From a virus (taxonomy: Duplodnaviria; Caudoviricetes), in the IMG/VR virus record IMGVR_UViG_3300037467_001979, positions 1-35,156 of that record: a stretch of DNA of 35,156 nucleotides. One strand, given 5' to 3'. Position numbers and translations under genes: made by a program. Below are positions 17,573-26,324 of the stretch, one piece after another. The notes under the pieces are model-generated. The model saw only the letters and a program-made list of their open reading frames with translations, was not told the DNA's origin and did no database searches. The first letter of the stretch is position 1, and every line of letters starts with the position of its first letter.

Positions 17573-18018
17573 CAGAGCACCTTGATGCGCTTGCTGGCTT
17601 TCCAGCTCAGCTGCTGCGTGACGTAGGCGTCGGGCTGTGACTTGCCTGCGTCGGAAAATTTCAGGGCGACGCCGTCATAGCGGAACTGCGTGACGGTGCC
17701 GTCGGTGTCCTCGATCGTCTCGGTGATCCGGACGTTGTTGAGGGTGCCGGTGGCGTAATAGTCCGCCTCCAGCGCCGCGAAGAAGTCGTCGAGCGAATGT
17801 CCGCCGCGGTCGATGCCGATCGAGCCCGTCCAGCCGTCCGGAATCTCGGCGTAGCGGTGGATGCCGTCCAGGCCCTTCGAATTGAGGGAGGTGGTCTCCT
17901 GCTTCTTGTCGAAGGAGGTGACCCTGTCGATGTTGAGCACCTGACCGCTCGGCAAGGTGACGTCAATCGAGACGTCCTTGCCGATCGTCAGGACGCCAAA
18001 GCCGGTATTGGCTGGCAT
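17572..18018 (-). CDS. Tail tube protein
   Basis: 148 aa directly after the sheath; PDGWTGSI...ITETI...DGTVTQFRY; beta-rich. Confidence 0.85.
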   Translation of the reverse strand: MPANTGFGVLTIGKDVSIDVTLPSGQVLNIDRVTSFDKKQETTSLNSKGLDGIHRYAEIPDGWTGSIGIDRGGHSLDDFFAALEADYYATGTLNNVRITETIEDTDGTVTQFRYDGVALKFSDAGKSQPDAYVTQQLSWKASKRIKVL

Positions 18019-18031
18019 GTATCAGCGCTCC

Positions 18032-19903
18032 TTAGACTGCGAAATTGACGGATTTGCGCTCGATCTGGACGGACTGGCCGGCTTCCAGATTCACGATGAA
18101 GTACTCGACCACCGAAAGGTACCGGACCTGCACGTCGGCCTGCATGTAACCGAGGGCGACACGCGAGGCTGGGTTGTTGCTGTCGTCGAGGACTGAAGCC
18201 CAGGCATCGTCACGGCCATTCGGCGTCCCGATCAGCTTCTGTTCCTGTAAGTTGCCGAAGAAGGAATCGATCGTGGTCTTGGCCTGGCGCCGGGTCGTCG
18301 CGCTCTGCAGCTTGCCGACATAGATCCCCGTCGCCGCGTCCAGCGTCGTGGCGATGTAGTTGGTCATCCGGGTGTAGTTGTCGCCGTGGATGACATCGTT
18401 CGACGAGGCGTTGCGGCCATTCCGGCAGCCGAAGTAATTGCCGCCCGGAACGGGGTTGCAGATCACGTCGATGCCGGCGCCGGCCAGGATTTGGAGATCG
18501 GCCGTCGTGTAGGGCTGCCCGGAAGCGCTCTGCTCGGTGCCGACAACCGCTTGGAGCTGCTTGTTCAGCGTCGACTGGTTCGGAGACAGGGCCGAGAGCA
18601 GGCCAGCCGCGAAGGCTGCAGGACTGACCAGGCGCTGAGGCAGACCGTTCGCGGTGTCGTTCCAATACACCCAATCGCCCAGCATGATCTTCATGGCGTA
18701 GCTGTCGATGCCAGCCGTGGCCTTTGCGGTCGCTGCCGTCTGCGGATCCTGGCCGGCCGGGCCGGAGGTGATCATGTAGACGCCTTCACCGAGCCCGAAA
18801 GCGACCTGCGTCGCCCAGGAAGTGGTGTCGGTGACGTCGCAGAGCGCCGCAACCGCAACCTTCTGGCCGCGCAACGCATACATGCCGGTCCGCGGCACGG
18901 TGTCGACGCCGAGCAGAGCTGTGGCATTGAGGCCGGTAACACCGTCGGTGCCGCCCTGGAGCGAATAGGTGGCCGTCTGCGGCGATGCCGTGCTTGATCC
19001 GACGGTTGCCGTGATGATGTTCGACGGGCCGCGCGTACCGTTCTGGCCGGTGTTGATGGCAGCAACGACGTTCGCCCAGAATGTGGCGCCGCTGCCGCCG
19101 ATGTTGTCGAACTTCTCCGGCGTGAGGCCGGGAGCCGCGACGAGCACTTGCGAGGTGCCGACCGCCGAGCCGGGCTGAATCGTGACCTTGATGCCGTTGC
19201 CAAAGCTGCCGGTATATTTCGAGGTCAGAGTGAGGGCAGGGGTGGCAGCCGCGCCGCCCGACATGTTGGTGACGGTGGCGCCGGTGACAGTGGTGGCCAC
19301 GGTCAGCGAATTGCCTGCGGTGCCGCCTGTTGCCGCCGTCAGGTTCAGGTCGTTGCCGGACACGGCATAGGTGAACTTGACGAGCTGGGTGTCGCTCGAT
19401 GCCTGCAGGAAGGTGAGCAGAGCCGCCAGGGTCGCAGCGAGGTTGGCCCCGATGTTGACCTGGTTGCCGGTGGCGCCCGATGCCACAAAGGTGACGGCTG
19501 TGCCATTCAGCGTGATCGTCTGCGATGCGGTCGGCTGGCCGGTGAAGGAGATCTTGCCGGTGGCCTTGGGCGCGCTGGCCTGGGCCTGCACGGTTGCGGC
19601 GACATCGGTGCCATCGGTGACCCGAACGCACTGGATTGCCGAAGCACCCTGCTGGAACGCGATTGTCGCCCAGGTGCCCATATCGTACTGCCGGGCCTGA
19701 TAGGGGCCGAACTTCGCCTTGAACTGGGCAGGAGAGCCGGCGATCTGGGGCTGGTTGACCGGGCCCCAGGTGGCGGAACCGACCAGGCCGAGGACGTTGG
19801 ACGGAACGCCGTTGATCAGAAACTGCGGAGGGACGATCTGAATGTAGACGTCTGCCACGGAAAGGGCCGTCGTATTCAGAAGGCCTTGCTGGACGATAGG
19901 CAT
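18032..19903 (-). CDS. Contractile tail sheath protein (~623 aa, start MPIVQQG)
   Basis: VGSATWGPVN, VRVTDGTD, LQGGTDG, YTRMTNYI, DDSNNP...GYMQADVQVRY sheath motifs; GGGAAGAG RBS before ATG 19903. Confidence 0.92.
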   Translation of the reverse strand: MPIVQQGLLNTTALSVADVYIQIVPPQFLINGVPSNVLGLVGSATWGPVNQPQIAGSPAQFKAKFGPYQARQYDMGTWATIAFQQGASAIQCVRVTDGTDVAATVQAQASAPKATGKISFTGQPTASQTITLNGTAVTFVASGATGNQVNIGANLAATLAALLTFLQASSDTQLVKFTYAVSGNDLNLTAATGGTAGNSLTVATTVTGATVTNMSGGAAATPALTLTSKYTGSFGNGIKVTIQPGSAVGTSQVLVAAPGLTPEKFDNIGGSGATFWANVVAAINTGQNGTRGPSNIITATVGSSTASPQTATYSLQGGTDGVTGLNATALLGVDTVPRTGMYALRGQKVAVAALCDVTDTTSWATQVAFGLGEGVYMITSGPAGQDPQTAATAKATAGIDSYAMKIMLGDWVYWNDTANGLPQRLVSPAAFAAGLLSALSPNQSTLNKQLQAVVGTEQSASGQPYTTADLQILAGAGIDVICNPVPGGNYFGCRNGRNASSNDVIHGDNYTRMTNYIATTLDAATGIYVGKLQSATTRRQAKTTIDSFFGNLQEQKLIGTPNGRDDAWASVLDDSNNPASRVALGYMQADVQVRYLSVVEYFIVNLEAGQSVQIERKSVNFAV

Positions 19904-19914
19904 GGGCTCTTCCC

Positions 19915-19940
19915 AAAAGAAAAGCCGCCCTGCGGCGGCT
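19915..19940 (-). terminator. Intrinsic terminator immediately upstream of the sheath RBS
   Basis: Minus strand AGCCGCC-GCAG-GGCGGCT followed by TTTCTTTT. Confidence 0.7.
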
Positions 19941-19965
19941 CGGTTGCATCGACTGGTCGACGTGA

Positions 19966-20784
19966 TCAGTTCGCGGTGATGTCGGTCTCGACGACCAGGA
20001 TCTTGGTGGCGTCCTGCGTCTCGATCGTGGGGTACTCGACGCGGTACTGGATATCGCGCCGGTAGATCTCGACAGTCTGGCGCTCGTCGAGAACAAGGGT
20101 GCGCTCGTAGAGCAGCCGGCCGACAGTTCCATCGGCGAAACGGAGATTCTCGGGGCGGGCAAGCGCGATATCGATGATCGGCGAGACCTGATCGCGCTGG
20201 GCTGGCGAATTGCACCAGACCGTGATCGTGAAGCAGCGCTCCTGCCGCTTCAGTTCGCGGACGATCGTTCCGTAGCCACCGGCGCGGGCGACCACCCGCG
20301 CATTCGGTGCGAAGGTCAGCACCGGGCCCGCCGTTGAGACGGTGACGCCCTGGGCGGTCAGGAGCGAGGCGATTCCGGTTGCGATCGTCGCCAGGGTATC
20401 GCCGGGCTGCACCGGATAGATCGCCGAGATCTTGGACGGCGGATAGTCGCCGACGATGACAGCGACATTCTGTGGCGTCTGGACGGTACCGCCGAGCATC
20501 AGCACGTTGTCGACGACAGTCGTCGTGACGGTCTCAACGGCGGGGATCAGTTGCGCCCAATCGCGCGAGAACCGGGTGACGTTCTTCTCGGTACCGTTCT
20601 GGCCGAAGACCGAGATCACGACTTGGCCGATGCTCATGGCCTGGTCGAGCACGGTGGGAACGGGCCAGCCTCGCATGATGGATGCCGGCGCGCCGAGGGC
20701 CGAGGGCTGGCTGGTGCCGTTTGGATAGACCGCGGCCGCGATCAAGGCGACCAAGGCGTTACCAGCGTCTGCTTCATCGGCCAT
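19966..20784 (-). CDS. Tail terminator/neck protein (272 aa)
   Basis: Position directly before the sheath; YPNGTSQPS...RGWP...YRRD.QY.VEYPT pattern. Confidence 0.65.
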   Translation of the reverse strand: MADEADAGNALVALIAAAVYPNGTSQPSALGAPASIMRGWPVPTVLDQAMSIGQVVISVFGQNGTEKNVTRFSRDWAQLIPAVETVTTTVVDNVLMLGGTVQTPQNVAVIVGDYPPSKISAIYPVQPGDTLATIATGIASLLTAQGVTVSTAGPVLTFAPNARVVARAGGYGTIVRELKRQERCFTITVWCNSPAQRDQVSPIIDIALARPENLRFADGTVGRLLYERTLVLDERQTVEIYRRDIQYRVEYPTIETQDATKILVVETDITAN

Positions 20785-20785
20785 A

Positions 20786-21142
20786 TCAGTGAGCCTCGAG
20801 CCGGATGGTCAGAAGCTTCCACCCCATGGAGTTCCAGTATGCCGCGGAAACCTGATAACGGTTGCCGAGTTCGTCGGTCACGATGTCACGATCTTGGATG
20901 ACGTCTTTGGCGACCTTGCCGCGCGGGATGAAGATGTTCCATTGGATCGGCGCCGGCGGAGATGCGGGCAGATCGCCGCCACGGGGGCGCGCGGAGCCGC
21001 TCGCGGCCTGGACCGATGCCGGGATGCCGGAGACGACCGGCGTCTCCGTTGCCTGCTGCACGCCGCTGTAGGGCTGAATGCCAACGGCAAGATTCTCGGC
21101 CGGCCGTGTGACCGCGATCGTCCTGGGATATAGGAAGGACAT
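20786..21142 (-). CDS. Head closure (head-tail joining) protein
   Basis: 118 aa with RDIVTDELGNRYQV; located after the adaptor. Confidence 0.65.
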   Translation of the reverse strand: MSFLYPRTIAVTRPAENLAVGIQPYSGVQQATETPVVSGIPASVQAASGSARPRGGDLPASPPAPIQWNIFIPRGKVAKDVIQDRDIVTDELGNRYQVSAAYWNSMGWKLLTIRLEAH

Positions 21143-21161
21143 CTCGGATCACCTTATGTGG

Positions 21162-21737
21162 TCAGCCCCTCACGGCGCGGGCTGCAAGACCATAGTCATT
21201 ACCGAGTAGGCCCGAGATCGCCGCGAAAATGCCGGGATAGGTTCGGGCCAGCGAGGCACCGCCGATGTATTCGCGCTCGGTATCTCCGGCGCGCTCCCTT
21301 TTTACCGCCCCATTGGAATCGAGATCTGGCGTCAGGGAACCGGCGCCGGCGAGCTCTCTTAGCGCGGCCTCGCAGGTGGCGTTTTTCAGTTCTTTCGGGA
21401 TCGTCGCTGGATCGATCGGCTCGTATTCATACAGCCGATACCCGATGCCGTAGAAAAAGCCGTCTGGCGGAACCTGCGGCATGCCATTGTCGTAATAGGC
21501 TCCGATCCTTGGCCATTCCAACGCTTGCTGATGCCGCTTTCCCCGATAGCCCGTGAAGCGCTGGCGGAAGGTGACGTCAATGAACGACGTGGCTCGGACC
21601 AGCGCTCCCTGTTTGACCGCGTCGATGCCTGTCCAAGTCGTAACACCGCGATCGGCGAAGTAACTGTCGGCGTCGGCAACGCTGACATAGCTATTCGAGT
21701 TCGCCAGGCCGGTCCCGTCCTCAACGATGAAAGCCAT
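21162..21737 (-). CDS. Head-tail adaptor ('DnaT-like' phage family)
   Basis: MAFIVEDGTGLANSNSYVSVADAD.YF, QALEWPR, IPKELKNATCEAAL signature. Confidence 0.85.
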   Translation of the reverse strand: MAFIVEDGTGLANSNSYVSVADADSYFADRGVTTWTGIDAVKQGALVRATSFIDVTFRQRFTGYRGKRHQQALEWPRIGAYYDNGMPQVPPDGFFYGIGYRLYEYEPIDPATIPKELKNATCEAALRELAGAGSLTPDLDSNGAVKRERAGDTEREYIGGASLARTYPGIFAAISGLLGNDYGLAARAVRG

Positions 21738-21743
21738 CGGTCA

Positions 21744-22151
21744 TCATCCCCTGGACAGAAAGGCCTTGGCGTCAGCCATCTTGCGGTCGAACCAATCACG
21801 CTGATCATCGGTCTTGAGCGTTCGCCCCCATACCGACAGCGAACCGTCGGTGTTGACGACGATCAGGGCGAACATCTGGTCGGCATCGACCTTACGCAAA
21901 ACGCGCTTAATCGCAGCATCGGCGGAGTTGAGGTCGGTGACTTGGACGTCGCCGCTCTCCACTTCTCCGATTATGGCTGGCACATCAGGAAGGTTCCTCC
22001 GCCACTCGCCTCCGCTGCCGTTGGCGAGAGTGCCGCACTGGGCACATTCCACCTCGTCGTCGGCACGTATGAAGTGCGTCAGGCATCCGCAATCGCAACG
22101 CCACACGATCTTGTCGGCGTCGCGTCGCGGGAGGGTGACGATGTTGCTCAT
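21744..22151 (-). CDS. Hypothetical protein with N-terminal zinc ribbon
   Basis: WRCDCGC-x10-CAQCG; ATGA-coupled to the upstream gene. Confidence 0.7.
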   Translation of the reverse strand: MSNIVTLPRRDADKIVWRCDCGCLTHFIRADDEVECAQCGTLANGSGGEWRRNLPDVPAIIGEVESGDVQVTDLNSADAAIKRVLRKVDADQMFALIVVNTDGSLSVWGRTLKTDDQRDWFDRKMADAKAFLSRG

Positions 22152-22591
22152 TGATCGCCGGTCTGTTGGGCGCCGGCCTCCTGGTTGAGCAACTCCTGCA
22201 AGGCGGCCTGAGCAGCTTCTTCGTTCTCGAATGGGCCGCCGACGGTCTCCTTGCCGCGCTTCAGATAGAGCCTGCCGCCTGGTCCCTTAGCGACCCGAAG
22301 GGCGTCTTGGGTTTCGTCGACCGGGGCTGCGCCATCGATCTCGATTTCGGCCTTGCGGAGTTGGTCGATCTGCTCCTCGATCGGCAGGGCATACCACGCA
22401 TCGAGCGAGATTCCGGCGCGTCTGGCGAAGATCTTGGCGATTATGCTGTCGGCCAGGGTCCGTTTCTCAACAGCCGAATCGACGGTGCCATCTTCCGAAA
22501 TAACCTCGTGGCTTTCGGTGAGGTCGTCCACATTGATCACGACGAATTCGCCCTGACCTTCGCCCCAAGGCTTTACCTTGATCGTTTTCAT
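22148..22591 (-). CDS. Hypothetical capsid-associated protein (147 aa)
   Basis: First gene after the MCP; MKTIKVKPWGEGQGEFVVIN start; acidic. Confidence 0.65.
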   Translation of the reverse strand: MKTIKVKPWGEGQGEFVVINVDDLTESHEVISEDGTVDSAVEKRTLADSIIAKIFARRAGISLDAWYALPIEEQIDQLRKAEIEIDGAAPVDETQDALRVAKGPGGRLYLKRGKETVGGPFENEEAAQAALQELLNQEAGAQQTGDQ

Positions 22592-22616
22592 GTCTGATCT
22601 CGCAAAATAGGGGAGG

Positions 22617-22640
22617 GAGGGCGCACCGAAGCGCGCCCTC
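22617..22640 (-). terminator. UUCG-capped hairpin after the major capsid gene (terminator or stabiliser)
   Basis: Minus strand GAGGGCGCGC-TTCG-GTGCGCCCTC; the U-tract is short and displaced. Confidence 0.55.
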
Positions 22641-22653
22641 AGTATTGCTCGCC

Positions 22654-23808
22654 TCAGCCGAGAAGCAGGGCCATGTGCTCGGGCTTGATCGCCGCCGTAC
22701 CCCAGGCCAGAGAGACCTCGTACTGCATCTGGCGGTACTGGGCGTACATCGCGATCTCGAACGACAGGCCAGACACCGGATCGGTAACGATCTGTCGGTC
22801 GATCGCGCTGTCGCCCTGGGGCGGCAGAGCGGGTGCGCGGGTTGCTAGCGCAATGGCGGTACGGGCAAATGCCATGTTCCGCACGGCGGCAGCCAGCACG
22901 GTGATGGCAGTGGCCGCGGCCGGAATGGCCTTGCGCAGACCAGGCGCCGCGAGCGTGATCGTGCCGCCGTTCGAGACATCAGCGTCACCAGCCGCCACGA
23001 CATACTTGTTGGTGTCGCCGGCAAAGGTGATCACGTCGCCGGCAACGATCGTGCCGGTCCCGGCCGAGGCCAGCGTGATGGCGGTGGCGCCGATCGCATA
23101 CCCGGTGGCGTTTGTCGTGGCACCGGCGCCCGTGCCCGCAGTGCTGGTCTTGATCTGCGCGGACTCGCGAAGTGCAAACCCATGGACGTCGAGCAGCACG
23201 CCACGACGCAGAAGCGATGTATCGGCCGCCTCGTTGGCCTTGGTGAGCTGCGTCAGGGTGCGCATCTTGGCACCAGCAGTGGTGTCGAACACCAACTGCA
23301 GATCGCCCATTGGCGCCCCGTTGTCGGCCAGGATCTTGCGCATCTGCGCAGTGTCCGACAGATCGGAGGCGAACGGCGTCGTTCCGGGAGTGCCGTAGGC
23401 GCGGGAAGCTGCCGGAAACAGCGCGGCGAGATCGGCCTCGACCTGGTTGACCAGCCAACGCATGGACTGGGCGATCTGGTCGCGGAAGATCACGTTGTAG
23501 GAGGCGCCGTTGTTGTCGAGGCCGAGTTTCTCCTCGCCATTCCAACGGATCGGGGACCGCTTGGCCTTGGTGATCGTCATCGGAACGTTGCCGATGTTCT
23601 GATCGCCATCGTTCGGCGGCGTCACTGCCGGAGTGATGTCGGTGCCGGTGGCAGGAGGAGCGACCGGCGACATGACGGTCTGGCCGACGGCAGCACGCTC
23701 GAAGGTCATGTCCGAGGAAACGGAGGGGATCAGCCCCACCAGTTCGCGGGACACGACGTCGAGGGCGTTGTAGATAGTCGGGATGAGCCCAGTGAGCGTA
23801 TTGCCCAT
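22654..23808 (-). CDS. Major capsid protein (P22 coat/gp5-like family, 384 aa)
   Basis: MGNTLTGLIPTIYNALDVVSRELVGLIP start and YEVSLAWGTAAIKPEH end, with an Ala/Thr/Gly-rich inserted domain. Confidence 0.92.
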   Translation of the reverse strand: MGNTLTGLIPTIYNALDVVSRELVGLIPSVSSDMTFERAAVGQTVMSPVAPPATGTDITPAVTPPNDGDQNIGNVPMTITKAKRSPIRWNGEEKLGLDNNGASYNVIFRDQIAQSMRWLVNQVEADLAALFPAASRAYGTPGTTPFASDLSDTAQMRKILADNGAPMGDLQLVFDTTAGAKMRTLTQLTKANEAADTSLLRRGVLLDVHGFALRESAQIKTSTAGTGAGATTNATGYAIGATAITLASAGTGTIVAGDVITFAGDTNKYVVAAGDADVSNGGTITLAAPGLRKAIPAAATAITVLAAAVRNMAFARTAIALATRAPALPPQGDSAIDRQIVTDPVSGLSFEIAMYAQYRQMQYEVSLAWGTAAIKPEHMALLLG

Positions 23809-23849
23809 GGTTATTGCCTCTTGGGATTGGGATTGATGTCAGGGTTTCT

Positions 23850-23892
23850 GGGCCATCCAGCCCGGTCGCCCCGTCCCGCATCCGCGTGGGGC
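23850..23892 (-). promoter_or_regulatory. Two GGAU-loop hairpins in the MCP leader
   Basis: mRNA sense CGC-GGAU-GCG (23877-23886, extended by GCCCC/GGGGC) and GGGCU-GGAU-GGCCC (23850-23863). Confidence 0.6.
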
Positions 23893-23910
23893 ATTACGCG
23901 CATGGGGGCG

Positions 23911-24699
23911 CTATTCGGTGAGGGTGTATCCCTCTTTCATTTTCGTGGCCCGGGCGGCCGGATCGAGGGCGTCGAAGGCTTGGCGGCTCATGGTCTTGTT
24001 CCCTTGATTGCCGCCATTGCCGGGCTTTCCGCCGCCACCGCTGTGATTGTTGCCCTTCAGGATAGAATCCCGGAACGCATATCCGTCGACCATGCTCTCG
24101 ATCGCCTCATCGAACTCGGCGATCTCACCGGCCTTCGTGCGTGAATAGATGGGCTGACCATCGAGGCCGATGCCGACGACCTTGCCGTTCTCGATCTTGA
24201 AGCGATTGCCAAAGACTGCCTGCAGCATGTCCGGAGGGACGGCGACCTTGTCCGAAATAAACTTCGACCTGGAAAAGGCGCCGCCAACTTTCTCGCTGAA
24301 TAGGTCGGAGGTGAGCTTGCCATTCTCCGTCTTCAGCCGGGTGATGGTCTCGTTGCTGGCCTTCGCGGCGGCAGCGACCTGCTCCTCGGCTGCCTTTTTC
24401 GCGGCTGCCTTGATCTCCTCGACCTTGCCGGCGGTGACCAACTGGCCCTGGTCGAGGTTGCGGACGGTCTCCAGCGCCTTCAGGGCTGCAGCCGCATCCT
24501 CAATACCTTCGAAGCCCTTGAGCTTGGTCTCCGCGGCTTCCTTGGCCTCACGGTGGGTCTTGGCCTCGCCGTTAAGGCGCGTGATAGTGGCCATGGTATG
24601 AGCCGCATCGAAGGGGGCTTCCTTGCCGTCGTCATAGACATAGACGGGCTTGCCGTCCGCCACGACAACGTGGCCGGCATCATCAAGTTTCAACTTCAT
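23911..24699 (-). CDS. Capsid scaffolding protein (DUF6651-like)
   Basis: MKLKLDDAGHVVVADGKPVYV.DDGKE..FD start, coiled coil, YSRTKAGEIAEFDEAIE; lies between portal and MCP. Confidence 0.85.
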   Translation of the reverse strand: MKLKLDDAGHVVVADGKPVYVYDDGKEAPFDAAHTMATITRLNGEAKTHREAKEAAETKLKGFEGIEDAAAALKALETVRNLDQGQLVTAGKVEEIKAAAKKAAEEQVAAAAKASNETITRLKTENGKLTSDLFSEKVGGAFSRSKFISDKVAVPPDMLQAVFGNRFKIENGKVVGIGLDGQPIYSRTKAGEIAEFDEAIESMVDGYAFRDSILKGNNHSGGGGKPGNGGNQGNKTMSRQAFDALDPAARATKMKEGYTLTE

Positions 24700-24708
24700 G
24701 GTGGTCTC

Positions 24709-24777
24709 CGGTCATCCGACCGCTGGTGTTGAGGCATCCGCCTCGGAATGGCCCTGCTGCATCCGCAGCGACGGGCC
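24709..24777 (-). promoter_or_regulatory. Three GGAU-loop hairpins in the scaffold leader
   Basis: mRNA sense GCUGC-GGAU-GCAGC (24756-24769), GAGGC-GGAU-GCCUC (24731-24744), CGGUC-GGAU-GACCG (24709-24722); the last abuts the GGAG RBS. Confidence 0.7.
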
Positions 24778-24779
24778 GG

Positions 24780-26324
24780 CTAGACTTTCTGGGGTCTGGT
24801 CAGTGGCTGCACGGGAAGCCCGGTCACAGGATCGATGGCAGGTACCGCGCTGAGTTGATCCTGCTCCAAACGCTTCTTCTCGACGGCCGGGTCGAATTCA
24901 TCGGAAACGACACCGCGGCGTTTGAATTCGGACTGAACGGTCTCCTTGGAAAGGACGCCCTGTGCCTGGGCCTTCAGGAGGGAATCCAACTGGGCAGCGC
25001 CGTCGAGGTCGACGGTGAAGTCGGTATGGACGAGGGCCTCCGCCGAGGGCGGTTCCTTCAGCCACATCGAGGTCAGCACGAAGCACTGTTCCAGCATGTC
25101 CTGGAACTTGATCGCCCAGGATTCCGAAACCGACCCGGCCTTGCGAGAGACGTTTGCCGACGTGATGACGGTGATGTTCGTTTCGGTCAGCGGCTGCATG
25201 CCGAGCTCGCGCATCTGCTTGCGATGCTTGGCCAGGCTCTCCTCAAGGAAAGTCAGGGACGTCGCCGCCGGCTCGATGAATTTGAAGGTGGCGTTCTCCC
25301 CACTCGCGTTCGTGCCGGGTAAGAGCACTGCGCGCGGGCCGACCGGGACAACGATCTTGGTACCGTTTTCGTCGCTAGCCTGGACACCTTCGCCGACAAG
25401 CATCGGAAACGCCGTCAGGTTCTTGATCGCCTTGAGGTTAGATTCCTGCTGGAACTCCTCGACCTGCGCGTAGGCGATGTCCTTGAGAGGTGGGCGGACC
25501 GCGAAGGAGGTCCCAATGCGATCACCAGGAATGAACGGAACGAGTGGGATCACCCCAATCGTGTAGGTTCCTTCCTCAATCGCTACCCACTGTTCTCGAT
25601 CCGAGCTCGCGACCTTCTGCTTCTCGTAGATCGTCCAAGTCGCCGGCCCGTAGCTGACAACGGCACCGTCGTCGCCCTTGATGGGCACGCGATCGATGAC
25701 GCGAACCCGCTCATAGGTCTTTTCCTCAAAGCCCTCGCGAACAGTGGTGCTCTCATCGAGCCGGACGTGGACGAGGATTTCCTTCCCGTTGACGAAGTCG
25801 CTGTAGGCCGCCAGGACACGCTTGGCGCGCACGTGGACCCAGTATGGCCTCAAGCCGCGCTGGGCCTCTTCGGCCTGCGTCAGCGCCCGATCGGCAGTTG
25901 CCTTGGGATAGTCGACGAGGATCCAATCCAGCCCGTAGTCGATGCCGGACTTGTAGCTGTCGGCTGCGAAAACGTGAAGATTATTGCCCCGCCCATCGAC
26001 GTTATCGACGAAGCCGTCACTGCGCTTCCCGCCGTCGATCTTGCCGGCGATATTCTGGGATGCGCCTTCGCCGACAACGAGCTGTTTCGAGAACGGCTTG
26101 GCGGACAGATCCCGCGAAATGTCGGCATAGATGTTGGTGAATGGAGCCGTTTTCCTCCGCTCGTCGTAGTCCTTGGCCGTCTCGTTTTCGAACTTGGGCA
26201 GATAGATGGGGCCCGCAGCCCTCATCGTCTCCGCCCCCCCGAGAATGGCATCCACCATTTCCCAAAAGGCGGACATAGAGGCCCGGTCCGACGCCATCGT
26301 CTGCGGGTTCGGTTCGGCTTCCAT
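24780..26324 (-). CDS. Portal protein (DUF4055-type)
   Basis: GAETMRAAG..YLPKF..ET..DY..R, NVDGRGNNL, ILVDYP, LRPYWV, PPLKDIA motifs; follows TerL. Confidence 0.9.
   Translation of the reverse strand: MEAEPNPQTMASDRASMSAFWEMVDAILGGAETMRAAGPIYLPKFENETAKDYDERRKTAPFTNIYADISRDLSAKPFSKQLVVGEGASQNIAGKIDGGKRSDGFVDNVDGRGNNLHVFAADSYKSGIDYGLDWILVDYPKATADRALTQAEEAQRGLRPYWVHVRAKRVLAAYSDFVNGKEILVHVRLDESTTVREGFEEKTYERVRVIDRVPIKGDDGAVVSYGPATWTIYEKQKVASSDREQWVAIEEGTYTIGVIPLVPFIPGDRIGTSFAVRPPLKDIAYAQVEEFQQESNLKAIKNLTAFPMLVGEGVQASDENGTKIVVPVGPRAVLLPGTNASGENATFKFIEPAATSLTFLEESLAKHRKQMRELGMQPLTETNITVITSANVSRKAGSVSESWAIKFQDMLEQCFVLTSMWLKEPPSAEALVHTDFTVDLDGAAQLDSLLKAQAQGVLSKETVQSEFKRRGVVSDEFDPAVEKKRLEQDQLSAVPAIDPVTGLPVQPLTRPQKV

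Noticed and set aside
18786-20162. Long alternative-frame ORFs over the sheath (458 aa -, 305 aa +) and similar shadows over MCP, portal, TerL and hub
   Set aside because: Shadow ORFs of high-GC coding sequence with biased Arg/Pro/Ser composition.
19904-20215. N-terminal extension of the sheath ORF to 727 aa
   Set aside because: It overlaps the upstream gene and crosses a terminator; an RBS supports ATG 19903.
23850-24777. CRISPR-like mini-array from repeated CATCCG
   Set aside because: The shared core is only 4-6 nt with variable self-complementary flanks; this fits RNA hairpins, not CRISPR repeats.
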